From Eledone cirrhosa (taxonomy: Eukaryota): a stretch of 64,000 nt of DNA. Made by a program: the position numbers and the translations under genes. Under the pieces are notes generated by a model, which had not been told where the DNA came from, did no database searches, and saw only the letters and a list, made by a program, of their open reading frames with translations. This document shows, piece after piece, positions 53,161-64,000 of the stretch (the stretch's first letter is position 1; the number at the start of each line of letters is the position of its first letter). Location of the stretch: contig OZ024742.1 in the NCBI GenBank assembly GCA_964016885.1, positions 81,592,001 through 81,656,000 of the forward strand. Reading direction: 5' to 3'.

Positions 53161-56100
53161 CAAAGAAACACAAATTGATGATACACACAAATTAGATATA
53201 GAATGATTTAACATCGGTATAAAGATAGAGGGAGCAGATTGCGCTTATATGAACAAAACCTCTGCTTATTAAAATCCAAAGAATATAGTTAATATTTTTA
53301 TGTAACAATGTCATGTATTGACACATTTAAATATGATCACTGTAGATATTAACTGAAATAATTATATAAAACACCGGTTGAAGCCGGTAATGTTGATGAG
53401 GGCCATGCAATTTTAACCATATCAAAGCAGTCCTTTTTACAGCTTGAAATTGAATCGTGCCACATTTCGGAAAACGAAAGAATGCCTACAGTAGGTCATG
53501 ATTCCTCTTCTACAGATTTTATCTCCGGCTAAATACGAAAAACAACAAAAATGTATATTATTCGATAAATCAAATTTAGATAACTGCATTATATACTATG
53601 TTATACTTAGTATAAATAATATAAGGTAGTTGCTGTATATATTTTAATGAATTTCAAAGTAATAAATTATAGAAGTGATGATGTAAATTCACCAGTTAAA
53701 ATAGAGGAATTCATTTAAATCTCAATATTAGTGGGACGATTATTTGAATATTAAATGGAAATTTTAGGAATAATGCAAATATTATACAGAGAAATATTAC
53801 ATTCAAATGAATTGTTATCTGCATCACCAATAAGAATATATATAACTAATTCTTCCAATATCCCATATTTAACAATTAACCATAAATATTAAATAGTAGG
53901 ATAATATGTATGTACATTGGTAAAGGGTTCAAGGGATCATAATCGATACTGTTCAAATCCTTACTATAAGTTCTTGAAATATGACCATTGGTAGATAAAT
54001 AGTTGGACGGATCTAATGAACATTACGTGTGTTGGAAGCACGCCGCCTCCTATAATCACACCTTCAGTTGATTGAAAATATCTTGTTCATAAAAGTTACA
54101 TGTACGTAGTTAATCATTGTACCGGCACCCCTTCTCTTAACCTCTAATCTCGGGGAGATGTATCGTCAAACAAAAACATTTTTACTTACAGGTACATCAC
54201 ATTTACTTCAACATCGTTGTACTGGGAATACCTGAAGTTAAGTGACTATGCATGTCTACACACACACACAAACAAACACACACACACACATACACATATA
54301 CATACACACACACATACACACTCATTCATATATATATATATACCAATTTAATGTGTTGTGTTTGTTAAACAAAAAATGTTTACAATACATCATTTTTTAC
54401 ATATTTGAACAAAACGAAAAATAAAAATAATTAAAGTATGTTGTAAGAACAAAGTTTATATGTATGCCTCACGTTAGTTATATTTTCCTTTGAATGGCTT
54501 AAACAATATTCTTATGAAAGTCACATCATAAACATACGAACAAGAAATCGTGTTTTGTATGATTAGAAAACATTTTACATGGTATTTAGAGAATAATTAA
54601 ATAAAATGTCCTGGACATTTTACAGCATGAAAAATATTTATTAAATATGACCCGATCCTACGTAAAGGAGAGAGCTAATATACTTGAATCTATTTAATTA
54701 TACATGTAAGATATTTATATAGATGATACATAATATCTTCTCTTTACATATATCATTTTCGACCTGGCAGAAAATCAAACCACCCATGCCATGCGCATCT
54801 TCATTTATTGTAGAAGAACGTATACCTATGAGAATATTAATCATATATTTCTAACAAGATAGTGTGTCTTTTGGATGAGATTCTGAAAATATTTGTAGTA
54901 TTTCAAATTCGTACATAACTATATTGTTGTTTTACAAGGAATGTATCTGTAACATGAACAATGTTCGCTTGAACAATTCAAATTCAAATAATTTATTGGA
55001 TATTCTGATAGAAGTGTTATGAAAGAATAATTGTCCTACATTTTCAGTCATGATTTGTTTTGAGGAGCGTTCTATCATATTGAACAAAGATGTTGCTTAT
55101 TACGTTCCGTATGTTATCGTACAAAATCCCACACATTTACGGTTTTAAAAATCGGTGCAGTTTTAAAACTAAATCTTAATTAGCCGAAATACAACGACGC
55201 TAGGATATATCCTAAGCAATAAAAATGAAATATGAAGTAAAATAATATCAATGAACATAGCACAAATTATTTCTTACTAAAGGTGATAGTTATAGTGTAA
55301 GACTGTATGAAAGGACCGTTTTAGCTTTCGATTGGAAGGCAAACATTTCTAATAATAAAAATATCTCATATTGTGCAATACTTTCTAAATTTAATTTCCA
55401 GAACACTTATTCGTGCTGCATTATTACAAAGCTCATCAAATAAAAACAATATAGTTTCGCTATTTAAAATTATCATCTGTAATTTGAAAATATAGACACA
55501 TTTGTACACTTATATAATATTCAATAATGGTGATTATTTACTTCGAAGTCTGTATTGAGAATAGTACAAAGTTTTATTTTCAATCGTTTCGTTATTTCTT
55601 ATGTCATTCTTGTAATTTCTTTTACATAATAAAATTCTCCCAATCAATATATCCGTTTATATCTTTACAGGCTCATCATCTAGATGATTTTAATTTGGTT
55701 TTTATTTCTTACTTTATATATTATCCGGAAAACTTATTACTGGTTTACACATTATAGATAGATTTGTCATCCTTACTGATAGATATTTACATATACGATG
55801 TCAATGGAGATTAGCAATGTAATGTTCGTAAAGCAATACGATTATATCATCAGTAGAAACAACAGCCATTATATTCATACATGTAGCGACTAGAAATGTT
55901 GAATAAGAGATAAACATAATAAAGATGAATCAAATGATTATGATCAATAATGTAATAGTATGTTTCTAGTCTACCCAACATTCTACTGTCATATATTTTG
56001 ACAACGTTTCAAAATCCTTTTAGGGAATTTTCGAAATGAACAAATATGATTATGAGGTAAACACAAGCAGACGAAGCCATTTTGATTCGCGTTAAATGTG

Positions 56101-59100
56101 TAACACTAGTGTATATGGTCATTCGGCGTTAACATTATTGACATTTAGAATTTTCTGAAAAAGGATTTATCTCGACAAGCTGCGTTAAGAAAGGACGACA
56201 TCATATGAAAAAGCAATAATTTATTTTTCAAAAACCAAAGGAAAAATAAGTTACCGACTCATCAGCATGAGGATTTGTAATTTTGAAAGTCATCTAATGG
56301 TGTTTTCAAGTCCTGTGGAATATGACGAAATATATGAGAACATTTTGAGGATATCTGAAAATATATATATTTGGATTATACTTAACCAATTTTCAGTCAA
56401 CAATACCGTAAATCAACTTAGAAAGTGAATAAATTTGTGAAACAATTTGCACATTCAAACAACCAATTCTGAATTTAGAAGGCTAATATCTATTAGACTA
56501 TTTAAATCATTAAACATAGTTATACAAATGGGAGATGTTTACATATAAACATGTTTATTTATATAATATTTGAAGTTTCTGCAGCAAACCAGGTCTGTAA
56601 ATCGGAAGCCTTTTTTGACAATAATCATAACAGAAATCCCGTCGATATAGCTTTTTAGTGAATATTTATGGAAATGATTTATGGAAATATTTATGGAAAT
56701 GATTTACCTAAATTGAATGATAGTTGTAATTAAATTAACACTAAATGGAACATTAAACCAGGCGATTTTCATTTTCTCTGATTCAATATTTTAGAATTTC
56801 TGTTATTAATCTCACCTTTACAATCTCTACATTTTAAAGCGTCATTAACATATGAAAGTCATTTTAGTCGGAATATGTATGAGATGGAATAGTCGATAAG
56901 TTTTTATTTTTATGTTCTAAAAACATGTTGAATATCAGATGAATATATTTAGGAATTGTAAATTAATCGGATCGGATGTAAATTGTCATTAATTATATTG
57001 TAAGTATTAATAAGACTATTAGGTAAACCCTACTTAGAGAACCACTGTTTATTTTCAGGAAACATTTGAAAGACAATTAACGGCAGGGATTATATGTGCA
57101 TGGAATATTGATAATAAATTAAATTCTTCTTTATCATATTTAAACATTCCTTAGATAATCCCTTCTAATATTTCAAAATGCCCAACGTTTGAAAAGCAGT
57201 TAAACATATACCATCTCGTTACATATTCGAGATAATTAAAATTGTGTTCGTCTAATGGCGTGAATCTTATATTCAATATTTCTTTTTATTTCAACGAATT
57301 ATATTTCTCTGTCCGTATTTATTGGTGCACCATTTAAACTTAATATAATTTAACATAATCTATTCAGTAAATATATTTCTAAAATTTTGGGAAACACTAT
57401 TTCCACTGGTACAACATCAATTTACACCGTAGCCATAATTTGTTTTCTTTGAGTATAACTTTTGAAAAGTGAGCAAAATTTATATACGTTTTTGATCTTC
57501 ATTTTCATAGGGAAATTAGAAATTTAGAAATGAATTCCATCATTTATTTATAGACATATCAAAATAAAGTCCAAGTCTTCTGAAAAGGTCCCTTTAAAAA
57601 GAATACATTTTAGTTCACAACTAAAATGTATTCTTTTTAAATTAAAAGCTTGATGAAAAATGAGTGATTACAGATATATGACATATTTGTATATTTACAT
57701 ATTATTAGTTATTGCGGGCAGTGGGTCTAAAAGAATGACATATATTCTTTTTGTTGCAGAAAAGAAATATTCAAAAGTTGTGTTAATACTTCAACACTAT
57801 ATATCGTGTAGATTTGAAATCCGTTAAACAAGGATTTAAATGATTCCAGTTGCATACAAAAGAAATAATAATATTATTTAAAGATGTCACATCCTTAGAT
57901 AATATTATTAATTATTTTGTATTCAATTGAAATCATTTGACCCTATTAAACGGTTTAACGTATCCAGTATATCTACAGATTCTGTATTAATCATTTGACA
58001 CATTGTTTTTAAATTAAGAGAAACAATTCTGTCACATTTTTTACAAAAAAATAAACATTTAAAACATACGATTTTTGTCTAAAATAAAATTTCAATTTGA
58101 TAAATACGTACATGAAATCCTGATGAGATTATAGATAATCTGTTTCTGTTAAACGTAAATGAAACAAGACAGCTCAATTTATGAACGTTGTATTCCGACT
58201 CATACATATATAAGTATGTTTTAAAATCCCTTGGCACCGTCGATCGAAAACATAGGAAATTAAATTACAGTATTATGTATATATTCTATAGAAACATATC
58301 TGCCGCTGTCTCTCACATGCACACAATAGGCATGTGTTGGCAATAAGCATATTGTGTTACGTATATTGCATAGACGGTCAACATTACTTGGATGTACGTT
58401 TCGGACGGAAGTCCTTCGGCAGGAACTTTGGGAGTACGAAAGAACAGGTAGGTACATGAATGTAGTGTGTCAAAATTAGTAAAGGAAGTTAAGAAACGGG
58501 TGTTAGGATGAGACAACAGTATAGAGATCAGAATTAGGTATTCATGAACGTTCCTTGCACGTCTACAAAAACAGCTTTCCTGAGATTGTACCATGGATGG
58601 GAATTTTCTATGTACAAAAGCCCATGTAACGTCTTGTCCGGAGGCTTTGCTATATATGCGCAATCTGTGTAATAGCAGTAAAGATTTAGTTCCTAGTAAA
58701 CCTGATTAAACGGATGTACAAGCACATGCTTTTCAGTTGCGATTATACGTTTCCTTTTAGTTGGATCACAATTAAAGCTATTTTAAAGTATAATGTGTTA
58801 TTCATATAATAGCGGAAAAGTAGTAAGAATGATTAGAGTAAGATAAAAAGTGAGAAAAATATATATTCAAAGAAGTTTAAAACACTTATCGTTGACTTCA
58901 TTATCATAACGTATATATGAAATAATTTAATATTCTAATAGAAAAAGCTCCATGATTAGTTTGAGATATAGGATACGTTTTGAAAGAATACGTTTCGTTC
59001 GATATAAATATTTGATTACAATGTCAACACAGATTTACGATTGAAGAGCTGATCTTGTTTAGAAGATGTTATTAAAAAAATGCTTAAAAGTTACACTTAT

Positions 59101-60309
59101 ATATTTCCTAAATGCAATTTTTCATAGATAGCAAGAAATACAAAGCAAATCGAAATTCCACCACTTCGTTTCATTCGTGTTTTTATCAATGACCTTTTAC
59201 AGCCAGTCAATTATTATTTCGGTCGTTCTTCTAACAAAGTGCGCCTATTCGGAAGCGTTTCCTTATTATATCTAATGTTTCCAAATGTTAGTTTTCGTAT
59301 GCGACTCAATTGCGTAATTGTATCCGGCCCTACCCGATATCCTGTTTTCCAAGATTTGTATGTTATAACAACAGACAGATTGTCTTTGACGTAATAAGTA
59401 AATAGAAGAAAACGTAGGTATTATTTCGATTTTAAATACCGAATAGCGAGGCATGATGGATACAATTTATGTAATACGATGAAAATGGCAAAACAGCTCT
59501 ATAAAAGGATGAGATAATGACAAATTTGATGTGGGAAGAATCGGTAAGGTTGCTGTTAAGGCGCTAAGATAATTGATGAGAGGAAGGAAGTTTAACGGGC
59601 TAAAGGAAGTAGTGTTGCGATAGGAAACAATAGGATTCTTGGAGAATAGAGCGGGGATGAAAGAAAGAAATAACGCAGATCGCATAGAAAGCGTGTGTGA
59701 TACAAAGAGTTTAGAGAACAAACAAGGAATTCCGAGCTGTAAATTAGAAATATTAAATGGTTCTAAGTCTACATTAAACTCTATATTTCAAATAGTTATA
59801 GACAGGAAATTATCTATGATAAATACAATTGTTTGCTTTCTTGGTAGGACTTAACTTGCAGCTCATCACCACTAGGTATGTTACCAGTATTCTTCTAGCT
59901 GAAAGATGCATCTTATTTCAAAACACTAATTACCAACATGTATGTGTGACACTTTTATTCCTCTACTGGCGACCAAGCCAGACTGTTTTGGCAAGCGTTT
60001 AAATTACTCATAGGAACCATATACGTGGCTATTCAGTATAACGTTTTGATCGCAGTTTCTAAAATAGGTCATTGTGGTTGTGCAGCCAGTTTCCTATCGC
60101 AAATTTGTCAGTCCGTCCTCATTAGCATAGCCTAGTGGATCAATGATGTAGTTGCTAATCTACGTCTATCCTGGGACTCATTACCAAGCTACCTTCAGGA
60201 GGAATTTCGGCAGGACATTTGTAGTATATTTCATTATCCCATTCGGCGCATTTTTCGATTTATTTGTGGAATATGTCATATATATGGCATATATATATAT
60301 ATATATATA

Positions 60310-61098
60310 TGTATAAAGACGTACAGTAGTATGTATATATATATATATACATACATGCACACACATATATATGTACGCATGGATTCACCAAGCATTTATT
60401 ATAATGTTCGGTGTGTTTGTAAACAAACATCCCGTATTAAGCCGTAGTGTCTAGCAACCACCGTTGCTCGTTTCTTCAACACTGACAAAGGAACGCTGCA
60501 CTAGTTTCAAGCTTGTTAGCTATCGTCAGCAACGTATACCTTCCTGCCAGGTAGTTGAACGTCCGAAAGTATATACTTTCCTTATGCATATTAACGGCTG
60601 AGTAGCCCAATTTGCATATCGAGTGGGTTAATCGGCCGGGTGCACCGAACACGATAAACGGAAAAAAAGAAACGAAATTTCATTTCCCACTCTTAGTACG
60701 GCTGTTACTTAAATATAAGTATGTATACGTACATACATATATGTATACAGACGTACAGTAGTATGTATATATATATATATATATACATACATGCAACTAT
60801 ATATACATACATACAACTAGCACAGCGTTCCTTTGTCAGTGTTGAACAAACGAGCAACGGTGGTTGCTAGACACTACGGCTTAATACGGGATGTTTGTTT
60901 ACAAACACACCGAACATTATAATAAATACTTGGTGAATTCATACGTACATATATATATGTGTGCATGTATGTATATATATATATACATACTTCTGTACGT
61001 CTGTATACATATATGTATGTACGTATACATACTTATATTTAAGTAACAGCCGTACTAAGAGTGGGAAATGAAATTTCGTTTCATTTTTTTTCCGTTTA
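60310..61098. mobile_element. Retrozyme/pLTR-like insertion: ~432-bp terminally redundant monomer plus inverted partial copy
   Basis: gacgtacagtagtatg repeats at 60318 and 60750. 60815-61098 is an inverted copy that reads across the monomer junction. Confidence 0.8.
60494..60534 (-). ncRNA. Minimal type I hammerhead motif (cleavage triplet mutated to GUG)
   Basis: Minus strand reads cgttg CTGACGA t-agct-aaca-agct-t GAAA ctag TG cagcg. The other arm reads aactag CA cagcg, implying consensus GUA. Confidence 0.72.
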
Positions 61099-61366
61099 TA
61101 TATATATATATATCCAGGGAGCGTAACTTGAATTTACAGTAGGTTGACCCGGGTGAGCACCCGATGTTTAGGTTCACTTCTGTGTCGAGTTGTAGAGCTA
61201 GACAGAGTGTATTATAGTGAAAATATAACAAGGTCGATTGGTCACTCCTTCATCACATTTATTGGTTGGTTACGCGCATTTCGCCAATGATCATCTCAAA
61301 GTCCGAATTGTATTGATCTTACCGACACTATAATATGCGGCTCGTTGGACTATACATATATATATT

Positions 61367-62141
61367 TGAACTCAAACCATAAAGGGCCGTAACTCTTTGC
61401 TGCAAAACATGGCGTCCGACCCTCTACCAATACTGGCAATCCAACGCCTATATTACTATATATAATGGCGGTGGATTGGCAGTATCGGTAGAGGGACTGA
61501 GTTCAAAGCCCGCCGAGGTTGACTTTCATCCTTACAGGGTCGCTAAAATAAAGTACCAGTAATACATTATCATAATTGCTGGCCCTATGCCAAAAGTAGA
61601 AATAATATATAGTAATAATAATAATGATATTATGTGAGGGTGTCTCATTTTCATTACGTTTATTCCTTGTATATATATATAAATATATATATATATATAG
61701 ATAGAAAGCTATATAGATATATTAGAAAGTGATGTTTTTTTACAAAATGAAAAAAAAAACGAGGTGTCCTACACTTATGAGAGTATAAGGAAAAGATGAA
61801 ATCGAAAATGCAACTGCAGACTTTTTTTTCTTAAATATATATATTTGGCTCCTTTTCCGGTTTCGTATATAGATAGAAATGGTTACACAACAGTTAGTTC
61901 ACCATACCGAGAACAATTCTTTCACCCCTAGCGGATCCTTAGCTCGTAATAGACATGATTATACGGAACTCAGACCCTCTACCAATACTGCTAATCCATC
62001 GCCAGTATATATAGTAAAGCGGTGGATTGGCAGTATCTGTAGAGGGTCGGACGCCATGCTTTCCAGCATAGTTACGTCCCTTTACGGTCTGAGTTCAAAT
62101 CCCGCTGAGGTTAACTTTGCCTTTCATCCTTACGGGGTCGA
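61367..62141. mobile_element. Cluster of SINE fragments in both orientations, mixed with TA-embedded element fragments
   Basis: SINE pieces at ~61367-61448(-), 61466-61605(+), 61968-62003(-) and 62019-62141(+). Confidence 0.75.
61875..61963 (-). mobile_element. Second, decayed copy of the 21.1-kb hammerhead family
   Basis: Matches ~21133-21213; motif cgag CTAAGGA...GAAA gaattg TT ctcgg. Confidence 0.75.
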
Positions 62142-63204
62142 GGAACGATCGATATGGTGATCATACTTGACTCTGAAATCAACACGGTCGTCAGATTTGT
62201 CTCGATTCTACGAACCTGATTTTTCTATAGTCCTTTAACAACTAATTTATAACGATGAAATGAAAATATGTGTTGGGTAATTCGCAAAACAACATTGGTA
62301 TAATCACAACATTAATAAGGATACTAACACTAAAACCATACATGAATATCTGCAAGCGATGAACTTAATAATCGAATGGCTTTCGCTAGAATTAACTGCA
62401 ACATTAAAAAGTTTAATATAGAGTGTTTTATGTCACCAATGTCACAGCGGTAGATTAGAGTAGGTGCACAATTAGCAGGTAAATAGTGTGATTACGATTG
62501 TAAAAGAGAAAAATATTTGGAAGAACATTTTCCAACCGTACATACAGTGGTAAAACTGGTTGCAGCTCCAAATGTAGCCGGCAAATCAAGCAAATGATTC
62601 GATGTCAAATTTATCACTCTGGAGATGGTACTTGAAGATTTCTCCTACTTGTTACAAATCGAATATAATGCAGTGGTCCCTACTAACACTACCCAATGAT
62701 ACAGTTGCAATGACGTGGACAAATTAGATTTTTGTGTCATAGGCATGGCGTGAAAAATTGAAAACAAAGAAAAACAAATCTAGGGCAAGATAATAAAAAC
62801 ACCAGCCAAAATATCACGACACTTTCAAATACACAGTCATAGAAATCAGTGTAATCTATGAATTATATGCCAGTTGTATGATATTAACTCACCCAATAGG
62901 TGTGCAAGATCACTTTGGGATATTTTAAACGGAACACCTGGAAAATAAATTCTCATTACTTAAAAACGAAATATAAAGGGAAACAAACAATTCCTCTACC
63001 CGATGATTCTGGTTTTTTCAACCGAGTAACCCAGCGGAGAGGCGTTTACGGAACTTTCCAGTGATCTCCAAGTAGAATATAATGCGCTGGTGGACAAACA
63101 TGGTAGAAGATCAGACGAGGTCTGTCTCATTTTACATTTTGCGGAATTTATTTGGTTTTAATTGTCGTTTTAATTGGCGGATGTTGCACACCAGCTTGAA
63201 GGTG

Positions 63205-64000
63205 ATATTATTATTATTATTATTATTTGCATTTATCTTCCTTTATGTTTATACGAGTTATCACCAAGTCACAACCAGTGACCTCAAGAGACAACAAGGT
63301 CCGCCATGTTCAAGAAAGAACATACATATTCACACATGCATCCTTAGTGTTTAGACTTGTGATGTACTTATATTGACAGGATCTTCCTTAGTATATGGGC
63401 AGTTCCCATTAGTACTATCTTTTGTATTTCTCCTATACGCGGGTTTCCTGGGATTTGCGATAAGTAGTCGTTAGACCCCTTAGGTATCATTCCCAGAGCG
63501 CCTACAACCACTGGTATTGTTTTAGTTCTCAATTTCCACATTTTTCCAATTTCTATCTCCAGGTCCTTATACCTGCTCAATTTTTCAAATGTTTTTATAG
63601 ATACATTCTTGTCTATTGGAACAGACATATCAATTAGCAGGCATACCCTCCTTTGAAAGTCCTTCAATATTTTATCAGGTCTATTTGCATCTATTTTTCG
63701 GTCTGTTTGGATGCTAAAGTTCCACAAGATTGAGATGTGATCTTTTTCAAGTATGGGAGGTGGTTGATGCTCCCACCAATTCTTTTGATGGGGCAGGTCA
63801 AAATGCTTACACATTATCCAATGTATGTATTGTGCAGCTCTGTCATGCCTGTTTAGGTATTCGGTTGGAGCTATAGGACTGCACATTGAAATTATATGGT
63901 CAATGGTCTCTGGTTGTTTTTTGAATACACGGCATAATGAGCTGCACCCCTTTTTTATTATGTTGGCTTGGTAATTTTTTGTTGGCAGACACTGATCTTT
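63205..64000 (-). mobile_element. R4/Dong-clade non-LTR retrotransposon 3' end (CCHC plus restriction-like endonuclease, 3' UTR, (TAA)n tail)
   Basis: ETIDHIISMC, RHD, NRPD, IDMSVP, EKLSRYKDL, PVVVGALG; stop at 63368; (TAA)n at ~63207-63226 on the minus strand. Confidence 0.88.
63368..64000 (-). CDS. C-terminal part of the R4/Dong ORF (runs off the window end)
   Basis: Open frame with RLE motifs; one zinc-knuckle Cys appears mutated (CRVF). Confidence 0.75.
   Translation of the reverse strand, partial: KDQCLPTKNYQANIIKKGCSSLCRVFKKQPETIDHIISMCSPIAPTEYLNRHDRAAQYIHWIMCKHFDLPHQKNWWEHQPPPILEKDHISILWNFSIQTDRKIDANRPDKILKDFQRRVCLLIDMSVPIDKNVSIKTFEKLSRYKDLEIEIGKMWKLRTKTIPVVVGALGMIPKGSNDYLSQIPGNPRIGEIQKIVLMGTAHILRKILSI

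Noticed and set aside
58115-58145. CTGATGA gattat-ag-ataatc
   Set aside because: Stem II-like hairpin but no GAAA, UH or stem I partner.
53200-60100. Long AT-rich unique stretch, including ORF 58313-58663
   Set aside because: No recognisable coding motif, repeat structure or RNA motif by eye.
61262-61305. Minus-strand cGAAAtgcgcgTA motif in a TA-flanked segment
   Set aside because: The 5' core reads GAGATGA and the stems pair poorly; not called as a ribozyme.

Overview
AT-rich, microsatellite-dense eukaryotic DNA with no intact cellular gene. The SINE families and (TA)n/(CA)n density suggest an octopod cephalopod (inference). It holds two head-to-tail L1/Tx1-clade LINEs joined by (TTA)n (1-7.7 kb), decayed RTE, CR1-like, CRE-like and R4/Dong LINEs, many tRNA-derived SINEs, non-autonomous Helitrons, hAT MITEs, and a three-exon Ly6/uPAR (quiver-like) pseudogene on the minus strand (36.3-41.3 kb). 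The main signal is about ten mutually dissimilar short non-coding elements in or beside (TA)n tracts. They are often arranged as a partial tandem plus an inverted copy and carry type I hammerhead ribozyme motifs, usually with a self-complementary stem III. Motifs are near-intact at 21164-21203(-), 21291-21330(+), 23453-23496(-) and 40291-40365(+), one base off at 60494-60534(-), and decayed elsewhere. They look like Penelope-associated pseudo-LTRs or retrozymes. All calls were made by eye; no searches or folding were run.
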